58,606 nucleotides of DNA from the IMG/VR virus record IMGVR_UViG_3300031992_000010; one strand, written 5' to 3'. Under the pieces are notes generated by a model that saw only the letters and a list, made by a program, of their open reading frames with translations, searched no databases and had not been told where the DNA came from. The translations under genes were made by a program, and so were the position numbers. This DNA comes from a virus (Duplodnaviria; Heunggongvirae; Uroviricota; Caudoviricetes). Of this stretch, positions 1 through 10,000 are shown one piece after another. Every line of letters begins with the position of its first letter. Positions within the stretch are counted from its first letter, which is position 1.

Positions 1-1
1 G

Positions 2-1096
2 GAGGCACGTAAGGCGAAAAAACGTACCGATATGGAAAAGGCCATCACCGATGAATTGGCATCCGCCAAAAAACCATACGATGATGCATTAAAAACATAT
101 ACGGACGATTGGGGTGGTCCCGAAGGCCAGGGTGGTAAGAAACAATCCGAATTAAATGATATCGAAAATAAAATTGCCACCGAGACGGATCCAACCAAAA
201 AACAGGCACTTGAATCCCAACGTGACGCATTGAAGGCCGAGAAGGAATCCGTTAAGGCGGATTTTGATAATAAGAAAAAGGCATTTGATGACGCCAACAA
301 GGCCGCCGATAAAAAACGTGGTGATATTGAGAAAAACGTTGACAAGGAAATCGCCGATGAAAACAAGGAGGCCACGGAGGCATTGAAGGATTTTGATAAA
401 TATTGTAACGATAAGGTTGCCGAAATCCAAAAACCTGAATATCGTAAAAAGGTTATGGACGATAAGAAAAAGGAACAGGAGGCCAAGAAACAGGCGGAGG
501 CCCAAAAAGGTCAGGAGGGAGGAAATAAACAGGGTGGAGAAAAAACCAAGGATCCAAAGGAACCAAAAGACCCCAAAGAACCGGAACCAAAAGACCCTAA
601 AGAACCGGAACCAAAAGACCCCAAAGAACCGGAACCAAAGGAACCAAAAGTAAAGGATGACGATGAAAAATTAAAACAGTCATATAAGGACCTTTTGAAA
701 AAACAAGGTAAATCCGATGAGGACATTGAAAATATTATGAATGATATACCCACGGATGCAACCGGTGAAGATCTTGAAGCCGCAATTGATGCAAGTGCGG
801 AGGAAAACCATATTGACACCAGTGACCTATACGATCCGGATTCCGCGCAGGAGGAGGAAAGTGAGGATGAGGTTGATGATGGGCAAGGTGGTAAAAAGAA
901 GGTTAAAACCAAATTTAGAACCGTAAAGAAAAAGATTGGTAAAGGTGTTAAATATGAACGTTGGAGTGAACAGTCAAATGAATGGCAACCGGCCACAAAG
1001 GATGACTACAAGGCCTGGAAAAAACGACAAAAGAAACAACAACCAACACCAAACGAGTCGTTAAAATCATTTATTGGCAGATTATTATTGGATTAA
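2..1096 (+). CDS. 5'-truncated coiled-coil, acidic low-complexity protein with DPKEPEPK repeats
   Basis: The frame is open from base 2, upstream of the ATG at 32. K/E/D-rich helical N-part, Pro-rich repeat linker, acidic then basic C-terminus. Confidence 0.7.
   Translation, partial: EARKAKKRTDMEKAITDELASAKKPYDDALKTYTDDWGGPEGQGGKKQSELNDIENKIATETDPTKKQALESQRDALKAEKESVKADFDNKKKAFDDANKAADKKRGDIEKNVDKEIADENKEATEALKDFDKYCNDKVAEIQKPEYRKKVMDDKKKEQEAKKQAEAQKGQEGGNKQGGEKTKDPKEPKDPKEPEPKDPKEPEPKDPKEPEPKEPKVKDDDEKLKQSYKDLLKKQGKSDEDIENIMNDIPTDATGEDLEAAIDASAEENHIDTSDLYDPDSAQEEESEDEVDDGQGGKKKVKTKFRTVKKKIGKGVKYERWSEQSNEWQPATKDDYKAWKKRQKKQQPTPNESLKSFIGRLLLD
551..649 (+). repeat. 24-nt tandem repeat encoding DPKEPEPK (about 3 copies plus partial units)
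   Basis: GAC-CC(C/T)-AAAGAACCGGAACCAAAA units start at 569, 593 and 617. Confidence 0.9.
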
Positions 1097-1114
1097 AAAA
1101 AATGAATATATATT

Positions 1115-1480
1115 ATGAAAAGTTTAGTTGAAAAAATAATGGAAGGACAGAATCCTAATTTTGAAAAGGTGAATGATGTATATGTATCAATAGATGACTC
1201 ACCATCGGCATCGAAGGAATACAATAAAAATAAGGAGATGGTTGATGGAATGGTTGATATATATACCCGTTATTTGGGTGAGTGGAAAGTTCCGGTTCGT
1301 ATAACGGTTTCCGGTGTCGGGATTGCATCCATGGAACATGATAGCCGTAAAAATGGATTCAAAAAATTTAAAATGGACTTTTATGAATCCCCCGAATTTA
1401 AGGAACTTGAAAAGTTTGTAAAAACATTCGGTTATAAAGTTATTCCGGGAGTTACATGGGGTATAAATGTATCGAAATAA
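1115..1480 (+). CDS. hypothetical protein with CTS-like leader (MKSLVEKIME-G)
   Basis: 121-aa ORF directly after the previous gene and followed by a terminator hairpin. Confidence 0.75.
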   Translation: MKSLVEKIMEGQNPNFEKVNDVYVSIDDSPSASKEYNKNKEMVDGMVDIYTRYLGEWKVPVRITVSGVGIASMEHDSRKNGFKKFKMDFYESPEFKELEKFVKTFGYKVIPGVTWGINVSK

Positions 1481-1501
1481 TCATTTTAATATAACCAAAA
1501 T

Positions 1502-1536
1502 AAAAGGTTTCCAATTAAATTTGGAAACCTTTTTTT
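1502..1536. terminator. bidirectional intrinsic terminator with TTAAAT loop
   Basis: AAAAGGTTTCCAA-TTAAAT-TTGGAAACCTTTT, between convergent genes. Confidence 0.85.
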
Positions 1537-1543
1537 ATATATT
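1515..1543 (+). promoter_or_regulatory. TTAAAT-N17-TATATT promoter-like site overlapping the terminator
   Basis: Exact match to both hexamers with a 17-nt spacer. Confidence 0.6.
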
Positions 1544-1561
1544 AATATATAACCTTTAAAA

Positions 1562-1771
1562 TTATGACAAAATTTCAATGGTACCTTTCGGGGTATTTTC
1601 CCCTATTTCAATTTTTTTGCCGTTGGATTCGAGTATAAATATGACCTCGTTGAAATCCACCCGGTAGTCAACAATGACACCAACAACATCCATAGGGAAT
1701 AAACAGGAACATTTATAATGGACCTTTTTACCCTTCAAATATTCACCAAATATTTCCTTAAACGTTTTCAT
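1562..1771 (-). CDS. small hypothetical protein
   Basis: 69-aa ORF coupled to the upstream gene; starts MKTFKEIFGE. Confidence 0.6.
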   Translation of the reverse strand: MKTFKEIFGEYLKGKKVHYKCSCLFPMDVVGVIVDYRVDFNEVIFILESNGKKIEIGENTPKGTIEILS

Positions 1772-1965
1772 TAATCCCCTTCGTAGAGGTCTATTTTGGT
1801 TTGTAATTCAAATATGTGACGTTTAATGGCCGCAATATTCCGGTCGATATATTTACACGCAAATACACCCACATCCGAACATTGTTTTACCTTTTCCAAA
1901 GCATCCACCTCATTTTGATATAATTTTATATCATTTTGGATCTTATCAATATCAATTTGAGTCAT
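1771..1965 (-). CDS. small coiled-coil hypothetical protein
   Basis: 64-aa ORF whose stop overlaps the next start. Confidence 0.65.
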   Translation of the reverse strand: MTQIDIDKIQNDIKLYQNEVDALEKVKQCSDVGVFACKYIDRNIAAIKRHIFELQTKIDLYEGD

Positions 1966-1983
1966 AATAATATAATTTTTTTT

Positions 1984-2892
1984 TTATACCCAATACATTG
2001 TTTCATATAACTTGGAAGCCCAATTATGTAAGGCGGTATATATGAAATTTTTATGACTATATGCCGTGCCATTAATAATATATTGATATGCCTGTTTTAA
2101 TTGGAGTAGGATTGACCGCAAGGCCGTATCATCGGCGTTAACACAGGTACAATCGCAGTAATCCAAATTATTCAGATCAAGACGTGATTTTAATGGCAAT
2201 CCGGCATTAAGTATACCATCAATGTATCTTATAATTAATTCACAAAATTCAACCTTTGAGGTCCAAAAATCGATATTACTAAACACCTCCATCATTTTCC
2301 CATAAATGGCGTCCCGGTAAAGTGATATAGGGTCACAATTTTGGGTTCCAAGTGTGGCCAAACCAATCTTAATCGATGTTTGATTACATTTACAGGCCGA
2401 TTTGACATCCGTAGGACGTGGAATGGAGGCAAAATGTGTTAGGGCCATAATGGTGGCGTCCTCCATATTATTTGCATAATATTTTAACATCGTATCCGTT
2501 TCATAATCGTATCCGGATGAATCCGTTTCGTTATCATATACATCCTCCGTAAGTTTAATGAGTGACTCGGCCAACCACGTACGGAATCGTTTAAGGTTAT
2601 CCAATGGGATTTCACCTACGTTATCATTTATGATTTGACATACATTTATTTGGTTATTTATACGCTCGGTGGCCATAATATCCACAAACGAGGAATATTC
2701 CTCCGTATCGAGATACCCAACACCGGTTGGTATTTCATTTAACCTGGATGCCTCCACATATAGGTCGGGGTCCATATCATCGAAGGCAACCGCCCATTTG
2801 CAGTTTACCCACCAGCAGTATTTCCCTTTGTATTTATCATTAAAAACATTATCGTCCGGTTTTATAACGTCCTTGAATTTTATTATATTCAT
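1984..2892 (-). CDS. hypothetical protein
   Basis: Long ORF in a minus-strand operon. Start moved to MNIIKF at 2892 to remove the overlap. Confidence 0.75.
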   Translation of the reverse strand: MNIIKFKDVIKPDDNVFNDKYKGKYCWWVNCKWAVAFDDMDPDLYVEASRLNEIPTGVGYLDTEEYSSFVDIMATERINNQINVCQIINDNVGEIPLDNLKRFRTWLAESLIKLTEDVYDNETDSSGYDYETDTMLKYYANNMEDATIMALTHFASIPRPTDVKSACKCNQTSIKIGLATLGTQNCDPISLYRDAIYGKMMEVFSNIDFWTSKVEFCELIIRYIDGILNAGLPLKSRLDLNNLDYCDCTCVNADDTALRSILLQLKQAYQYIINGTAYSHKNFIYTALHNWASKLYETMYWV

Positions 2893-2905
2893 AATCCTAT
2901 ATTTT

Positions 2906-4150
2906 TTATATATAACTATCATATGTACCACCTTTTTGTGTAATGACATATGTATTGTTATCCTGTTTTTTATTTTGATATTCCTTATATGTACGTTTTC
3001 CTACGGTTTCAGCACTTAAATTACGCAAATCCCTTACATTCGATGCATATTTATATTCAACAAATACCCGATGATTTGATTTATTATAAAGATCAAATAT
3101 TTGTTGTATAATTTTTTCGGTAACCGAATTGCTATCACCAATAACCGAACCACTTCCAATTTTATCAGGATATGATGCGATGTTTGGTTTTGTAAGGTTT
3201 CCCAATAGCAAACATGCATCGGTATCCCCTGGAAAGTTTCCGGAGTGGAATAAAACCAATCCAAAAAGTCCTCCCGCGAGTGTAAATTGCCCGGCCCTAT
3301 TATTCAGGTCACAAACACAAGGTTTTTCCGGTTGGGAACTTTTTGTTCTTTTAATAAGTGTTAACGGACGTTTGCCGGATGGTCTAAATTGAATTTTATA
3401 TTTACCTGTTGGTATGGCGGTTTGTCCGTGAACCTTATAACTTTTAAGTTTAAATCCTGTTCCTTGAACAAATTTATTTGAAAGTGTTTTGCCATCCCAA
3501 ATAAACCCCCTATCAAGGTCCTCACACGTATAACATAATGTTTTTCCATCCAACATCAATCTTCCCAATGTATAATCCTTACCAAGAACGATACGTTCCA
3601 CCACAAGATTGACCCCATTTGAGACATCCACATTTAATGATGAATAATCCTCCATAATATTTGAAATGTCACCAACGGATATAGGGGTGGGTGTAGGTTC
3701 GGGCTGGGGCGGCATCTCCGGCATCATAGGGATTGCATCACCATAATCAACGGGGGCCAGTTCCGCGGGCTGTTCATCCGGAATAGGTAACGCCCCACCG
3801 GTTACCATGGAGGCCAATGCGGTTGCCTTATCGGTTGCCGCACCGGTAACCTTGTCAATCACTTTTTGTGTTATTTCGGCAACCTTTTGTGATATCCAAT
3901 CCTCGATCATTTTTTCCACACCGGCGATAAAATCCTGCACTGCCTGAATAACCTTCATAATGCGTGAGATTAGTTTATTGATTTTATTCATTATATTGGT
4001 TAACACGGCACCTACGGCGGTGAGTGCCTTTTCCTTCAGGTCCTTTATTTTGGCATCAAGATATGCAATGGTATTGAGGAAAGCGCCAACCTTCGCATCA
4101 TACCACGCCTTCAATTCATTATATTTATCATATGCCTCAATAATGGTCAT
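2906..4150 (-). CDS. DUF5675-like domain fused to an N-terminal coiled coil and Pro-rich linker
   Basis: C-terminal half has ER..LGKDYTLGRL, CYTCEDLDR, TAIPTGKY and LFHSGNFPGDTDACLLLG, which I recognise as DUF5675-type motifs. Confidence 0.6.
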   Translation of the reverse strand: MTIIEAYDKYNELKAWYDAKVGAFLNTIAYLDAKIKDLKEKALTAVGAVLTNIMNKINKLISRIMKVIQAVQDFIAGVEKMIEDWISQKVAEITQKVIDKVTGAATDKATALASMVTGGALPIPDEQPAELAPVDYGDAIPMMPEMPPQPEPTPTPISVGDISNIMEDYSSLNVDVSNGVNLVVERIVLGKDYTLGRLMLDGKTLCYTCEDLDRGFIWDGKTLSNKFVQGTGFKLKSYKVHGQTAIPTGKYKIQFRPSGKRPLTLIKRTKSSQPEKPCVCDLNNRAGQFTLAGGLFGLVLFHSGNFPGDTDACLLLGNLTKPNIASYPDKIGSGSVIGDSNSVTEKIIQQIFDLYNKSNHRVFVEYKYASNVRDLRNLSAETVGKRTYKEYQNKKQDNNTYVITQKGGTYDSYI

Positions 4151-4156
4151 TATCTA

Positions 4157-4393
4157 TTAGGAAAATTTAATACCGTTTTGTGTTAGTATTTCCGATGAAA
4201 TAATATTTTTTGAGAATAAACAAATACGTTTGCCATCCTTATAAACTGCATAATTGTTTTTTGGTGTAAGTTTTACCTCTATTGAATTTGGATCATCAAC
4301 ACCATAAACCTTCAACATGGCGGCAAATTGCCTGTATTGGCGTTCATCGTTGGAAATATTATTTTCCATTAGTGTATTAAATAGGTTTTTCAT
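4157..4393 (-). CDS. hypothetical protein with CTS-like leader (MKNLFNTLME-N)
   Basis: 78-aa ORF overlapping the ndk stop by 4 nt. Confidence 0.7.
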   Translation of the reverse strand: MKNLFNTLMENNISNDERQYRQFAAMLKVYGVDDPNSIEVKLTPKNNYAVYKDGKRICLFSKNIISSEILTQNGIKFS

Positions 4394-4791
4394 TTTAAAT
4401 AAATATTTTTTTCTATTATTTTTCTATTTTTTGAATCACTTGAATGCATAACATTCCTCATATCATCCTTACCATATTTTTCCCTGATTTTATCCTTGAA
4501 TGCACCCACATCAATTCCGTGGACGTTTATGCATTCAAAACCGGTTGAAGGACCTGATGTCATATAATCACAAAGATCCTTGTAGAAGTCCTCATCCTTG
4601 TGTGGAAAATAGAACTTTTCCGCCTCCTCCATATTAAGTGTTTTTGTGTTCCATTTAACCGGCATAAGACCTACGGACCGCATTTCATTCAATAATATAG
4701 GTGTAAGTTGAAGGAAACCGGGTTTGATCATTATAAACTCGGTCGATTGTTTTTTGATTCCTTCCAATATGAGGTTATGTAAATGTTTCAT
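4390..4791 (-). CDS. ndk: nucleoside diphosphate kinase
   Basis: FIMIKP, EAEKFY..HK...FYKDL.DYMTSGP, IREKYG and RNVMHSSDS (catalytic His) match NDK motifs. Confidence 0.9.
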   Translation of the reverse strand: MKHLHNLILEGIKKQSTEFIMIKPGFLQLTPILLNEMRSVGLMPVKWNTKTLNMEEAEKFYFPHKDEDFYKDLCDYMTSGPSTGFECINVHGIDVGAFKDKIREKYGKDDMRNVMHSSDSKNRKIIEKNIYLK

Positions 4792-4797
4792 TATGGA

Positions 4798-6921
4798 TTA
4801 ATTTTTTTGCATATATACACCTTTACATCCACGTCTTGCCTCAAATTGTGGCAGGTTGGTAAATAAATTATTATCCAATTCCGGGTAATTAATTTGAACA
4901 CCTTGCGGTATTTCAAACTTATCGTTATTATATTTATCCGAATCATCCGGGAATGTTTGTCCGAATACCTTTGAATTCAGGTCGTTAAACGAAATGAATA
5001 AATATCCCCCATCAACCTCCGTGTAATTGAATAATGGTGTATAAATATAATTAAGATTTAATAACCGGTTTTGTAATATTAACGTAGGAGCCTCCTCAAG
5101 CCCAAGTTGACGTTTGATTATATCGACCATGGAGGTTTCCGCCGATGGAATCCATAACGGTGAATATCCAATAAAATCAAAATATGAATTGTCGCCATTT
5201 TTAACATATTCATAATTCATAATTAATGGTGTAATATTGGTACCTGCCGCATATTTAACAACCGCAATTTTATCACCACCTACAAGGTAATCATATAACA
5301 TTGGTGTGCCGCCCCTACGAATGGAATCAATCCTCGTCCAATTTCCGGTTGTAATTGAAATACCTTGGTTCTCGCCATCCACGAGGAATTTAATATTTAT
5401 ATCCTCATCGTGACGGATTGTTGAACGTATATATGAAAGTATTTCCTGATATGTATTGGTATTTGCATCGTATACATTTAATCCGGCCACCGACATAACA
5501 CCTGTTCTGTCGATATCCATAACCTGTTTATTGAGTTCCGGATTCACCACCGTCAGCGCCTGTGTTTCAAGTTCAATGGTACGGGCGTCCATAACGATGT
5601 CATCAAAGTCATTATATTTCAACCACGACTTTGTCCCGGCAACGTTTTCAAATTCAACGGTATTATTATCATCCACATTTATGAGGTTGTTAACCTTTTC
5701 CGATGGATTGGCGATACCCATATCGCGGCCATTTACAAACCAATGGGTTACGCCTCCGACAACGCGGGTATATGGAACGTTTGCCCTATAGTTTGCAAAC
5801 ATGGCAAGGTGGTTTTTCATGGCCTGACTAAATTCGGTTTGGTTTACCACCATCGTCTCCATTAATGTTTGTGAATCCGCTATGGATGAAAGTAATGCAC
5901 AATAACGGTCGGCCTCCTCGCCATTTAAACCGTTGATTTTTAATACATTAACATCCGTCGTTTGAGGCGTGCATACAAATTTGGTATTTATTCTTAATCC
6001 GTATGAGGTGCCTTGATTATAAATCAATTCATCCGCAACGACCTTGATGACCTCATTTGTTAAGGTTCCATCCGTTGGTGTACCGGTAAAGTAAATACCC
6101 ATAGGGATATCCTTATATAAAATATCGGAATTTGAATCATACACGTCAAAAAATACAATAACGGTATTTATCCTAAATTCCTTTTGAACATCCCCCGAGT
6201 CATCAACGGATTGTGTTATAACACCATCGGCCATTGATGTCAATTCATATGGAATAATTGCCGCCGTTTGGACATCCTCCATATAGTAACCCTTTGTGTT
6301 GGTGTCATTAAAATCAATATATGACATACCGGTGTCCTCGTTGACAATTTTACCATTAAGGTCCGCGTTGGCGGTAGGATAGTTGGTACTATCAAAACCG
6401 CTGATATAATTATCCACACTACCGACAAATTCGGCATTGACCGATTGATTTTCCGGATATGTGGTGTGGTATCTCATTGCCTTGACATTATTATCCACAT
6501 AACACCATAACTCATTATATCCAACGCCATCGATTTCCTCAAAAGGCGTCAGGTTGATATTGCCTATATAATGAAGTTCATTTATAAATGTAAAATTATC
6601 CTTCGATCCGATTGTTATAAATCCATATTTGTATAATGTTTTCCACAACAATTCGTTGGCAAGTTTTCCGGCGGTTAGTATGGATGAATCCTGTTTACGG
6701 AATACCGAGCAGGCATTCTCATAATAATTTTGGAATATTTCACCCACCATTTGAGGGGTTTTTCCCTCATAGTTTAGATTCATCATTGCATACCGGTTAG
6801 GAATAACACGATATTGATTCTCCTGAACATATGATTTGGTAAGGTTCTCCGCATACTCGGAAAACATAAAAAATGTCCCGTTTCCTGTCAAACTTCGAAG
6901 TAGGTTACATTTTGCGGTCAT
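4798..6921 (-). CDS. large hypothetical protein, probably virion structural
   Basis: About 707 aa, N/T/D-rich, divergent from the tail-fibre block. Start moved to MTAKCN at 6921. Confidence 0.6.
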   Translation of the reverse strand: MTAKCNLLRSLTGNGTFFMFSEYAENLTKSYVQENQYRVIPNRYAMMNLNYEGKTPQMVGEIFQNYYENACSVFRKQDSSILTAGKLANELLWKTLYKYGFITIGSKDNFTFINELHYIGNINLTPFEEIDGVGYNELWCYVDNNVKAMRYHTTYPENQSVNAEFVGSVDNYISGFDSTNYPTANADLNGKIVNEDTGMSYIDFNDTNTKGYYMEDVQTAAIIPYELTSMADGVITQSVDDSGDVQKEFRINTVIVFFDVYDSNSDILYKDIPMGIYFTGTPTDGTLTNEVIKVVADELIYNQGTSYGLRINTKFVCTPQTTDVNVLKINGLNGEEADRYCALLSSIADSQTLMETMVVNQTEFSQAMKNHLAMFANYRANVPYTRVVGGVTHWFVNGRDMGIANPSEKVNNLINVDDNNTVEFENVAGTKSWLKYNDFDDIVMDARTIELETQALTVVNPELNKQVMDIDRTGVMSVAGLNVYDANTNTYQEILSYIRSTIRHDEDINIKFLVDGENQGISITTGNWTRIDSIRRGGTPMLYDYLVGGDKIAVVKYAAGTNITPLIMNYEYVKNGDNSYFDFIGYSPLWIPSAETSMVDIIKRQLGLEEAPTLILQNRLLNLNYIYTPLFNYTEVDGGYLFISFNDLNSKVFGQTFPDDSDKYNNDKFEIPQGVQINYPELDNNLFTNLPQFEARRGCKGVYMQKN

Positions 6922-7040
6922 ATAATTTTTTAATATTTTTATATATAATAATTTTGATACAAAATATATTAAAGATTGGCCGTTTGAAATGCTTATTTTT
7001 TTCACCGCCAAGCATTATTATTTATTAAAAAACTAACAAA

Positions 7041-10000
7041 ATGGCAGAAACCAAATACGAAATCGGATTGTTGAATTATACCTGTGATACATACGAATCC
7101 GCCATTGAATTTCTTGATAATTTTGGAAAACATAAACCCGGGCAGCCAATATGTGTTTTATATGGTGAGGAGGGCAATTTGAAGGCGTTGTTCGCCGTCG
7201 GTACGGAGGCCGGTGATGGTTACGATATAGTTGGAAGTGTAAATACAAACGATATTGCCAGGTACGTAAAATGGTTTACGTTGGATGAGAATGGAAACCC
7301 CGTTCCGGATCAAAACCAATTACGATTAATCCATAATCTTCCCGACGATTTTGATTTGGATGAGTTATCAAACGGAAGTAATTTATTATTTATTCCGGTT
7401 AATGATGAAATTGGATATATATACCATAATGGAATATTATACGCCTCGCCATATATTGAGGATAAGATTACCAAAGGTGAATTAACCGTTGGTGAAACCA
7501 CATATGAGGAGGGAACCCCTCTAACCGATATTATTGTGGATATATTAGGAAAAATCGATCCCGATAATATAAAGGTTAAATGGGAAAATATCACCGGAAA
7601 ACCTGAAAAGGTCGAGGATGCATTTAATTGTTCCTCATTCCTAAAAAAGGAAAACAATTTAAGTGAGTTATTAAATAAGCAACTTGCGGCGAGAAACCTT
7701 TTGATTTGGGATGGTATGGTAAATAATACCATATTAAAAATCGAAAACGGTGAAATTAAGTGGGGTAATGTAACAATCGGCTGGTATCACGGGGATGATC
7801 CTATTCCCGGAACGGAGGTAAGATTTGTTAAAATGTCGAAGGCCGAATATGAGGCATTGACTTCGCCAAGTATATACAAACTATATTTTGTTGATGCCGG
7901 AGGCGGAACATTCGAATTATTTTTAGGTCCATATCCTATAAAACCAACATCATATAATATATATAAAAACCCAAATCCACCATCGGATTTACAGGAACAA
8001 TATATGCTTTTGGATAGTGGCGGCAACATCTGCGGGTCAACCATAGACATACCAAAGGATAAATTCGTCACCCACGCCGAATTAAAAACGGTTACCGAAC
8101 CTGATGTACCATATGAAGGGGCAAAGGTTGGGGATGAATATATAGATTTGGAGGTAATGTATTGTGAGGATCATATTTATATCCCACTTGGTGACCTTGA
8201 TGTTCCCCAAAGTGACTGGGGTGAAAATGACCCAACCTCACCCACACATATATTAAACCGTACCCATTGGACGGATGAACCGGTTGAGGAGGAGGTTATC
8301 GTTGCCGAATATACCGGTGGTAGTGATGTAAATATTCCATTAAATGAACCATTGGTTGCCGGGAAGACATATACGGTTGTTTCATCGGGTTATCCTGATG
8401 AACAATACAATTATACGATGGAAATACCGGTATTATATTATGAGAGTGGTGATTATTTCGAAATCCCTTTGCGTTATGGTAATTTTCAATCCATCGAAGG
8501 TATTGATGTAATTAGATTGAATGGTCCTACGGAGGAGAATGCCAATATTGTGATCAAATATACAAAAACAACACAGGAAATCCATTCATTATCACAGGAA
8601 TATATACAAAATCCTTTGGTTGATTGGGGTCAAAGCGATCCAACCGGTGCCGGTTATGTTAAAAATAGAACCCATTACGATGATGGAGGATATGATGATG
8701 TTATAGGTAAAACCTTAACATTTAATAATAGTGGTAATATTGGTGGTGCATATTTTTTCGATCCTTTATTTGAACCAAAGGAGGGTGAAATATATTACTT
8801 CAAGATAGGTAATTATTTGCAAAAATTAAATCCTATGGCATGGTATGAAAACAACGGACTCAAATACCTAAGTTGTAGCGGTGGAAATTATTGGGGAGGA
8901 GGAACATATTTCTTTTTTCCGGATGGAAATACCGACCCAAATTCGGGGGCTAAACGTGCGGTTGTTTCTCCGGGTGGAAACCCTAATTTTTTGAAAGGTC
9001 AAACATTTAATTTGCTTCGTAAAAAGGCTGACGCCACAAAGCCTCTTGATAAGAAATATATTCCGGCGGGTGCTTCCGATTGGAATCAAAATGACCCCAC
9101 AAGACAAGGTTATGTGGAAAATCGTACCCATTATGAGAAAATAACGGATGAGGAATATGCCGTATTTGAAGGGACATTTACAGTTGATGGGAGTTCGTGG
9201 ACGATTCCGGAGGAACATATAACGGATTATAAACTTTGGGAAACCGGTAATGTCGGTTATAATTTATTTGTATTGGAAATTGATGGAATTAGATATGGGC
9301 GTGCATCAACATATATTAGTAACACCGTTGCCTATGGTGGTGGAAATGCATTATATGATCCTACCGAAAATTATGGTGATGTGAGTTTTGGATCATTTAG
9401 TTTCGGTACGAATGGTAGTGGTTTTAATGCATACTTTTATTTTTATGCATCCGGTACAAATATAAATCCGGCAACACAGGAACCTATATTTGATCCAAAT
9501 GAAACACACTCATATAAATTTTACGGTATAAAAACGGTAAAAAATATAAAGGAGATTGAAGGTAAATATCTACCTGCCGGATCAACGTATGTTGAGCACG
9601 TTTATGATGGTGATTTTAGAGCGGAATCCGGGGATTATAATAAATATATATACTTTAATTTGGATAAGGAATACGGATTAAAGGATGCCATATTTACGGT
9701 CAATTTTCTCGGTACCGAATATAAATTAAAGTTTACAAATATATATACATATACCGGGGATTATCACGAAAATATGGAAGATTGGTATGGATCCACCCAA
9801 TATATATATTTTGATCCGAATAATAGTAATTCATATTTTTACATATATTATACGAGTGCATTTTCGACCGGGGATGGATACAATGCGTATTTATATATAT
9901 CAAAAAATAGAAACACCACATATTCAGGTCACGCAACTGTTGATGTGGAATATGTTAAGGTGCTGAATGGAAAATACCTTCCACAGGATATGTTATCCAA

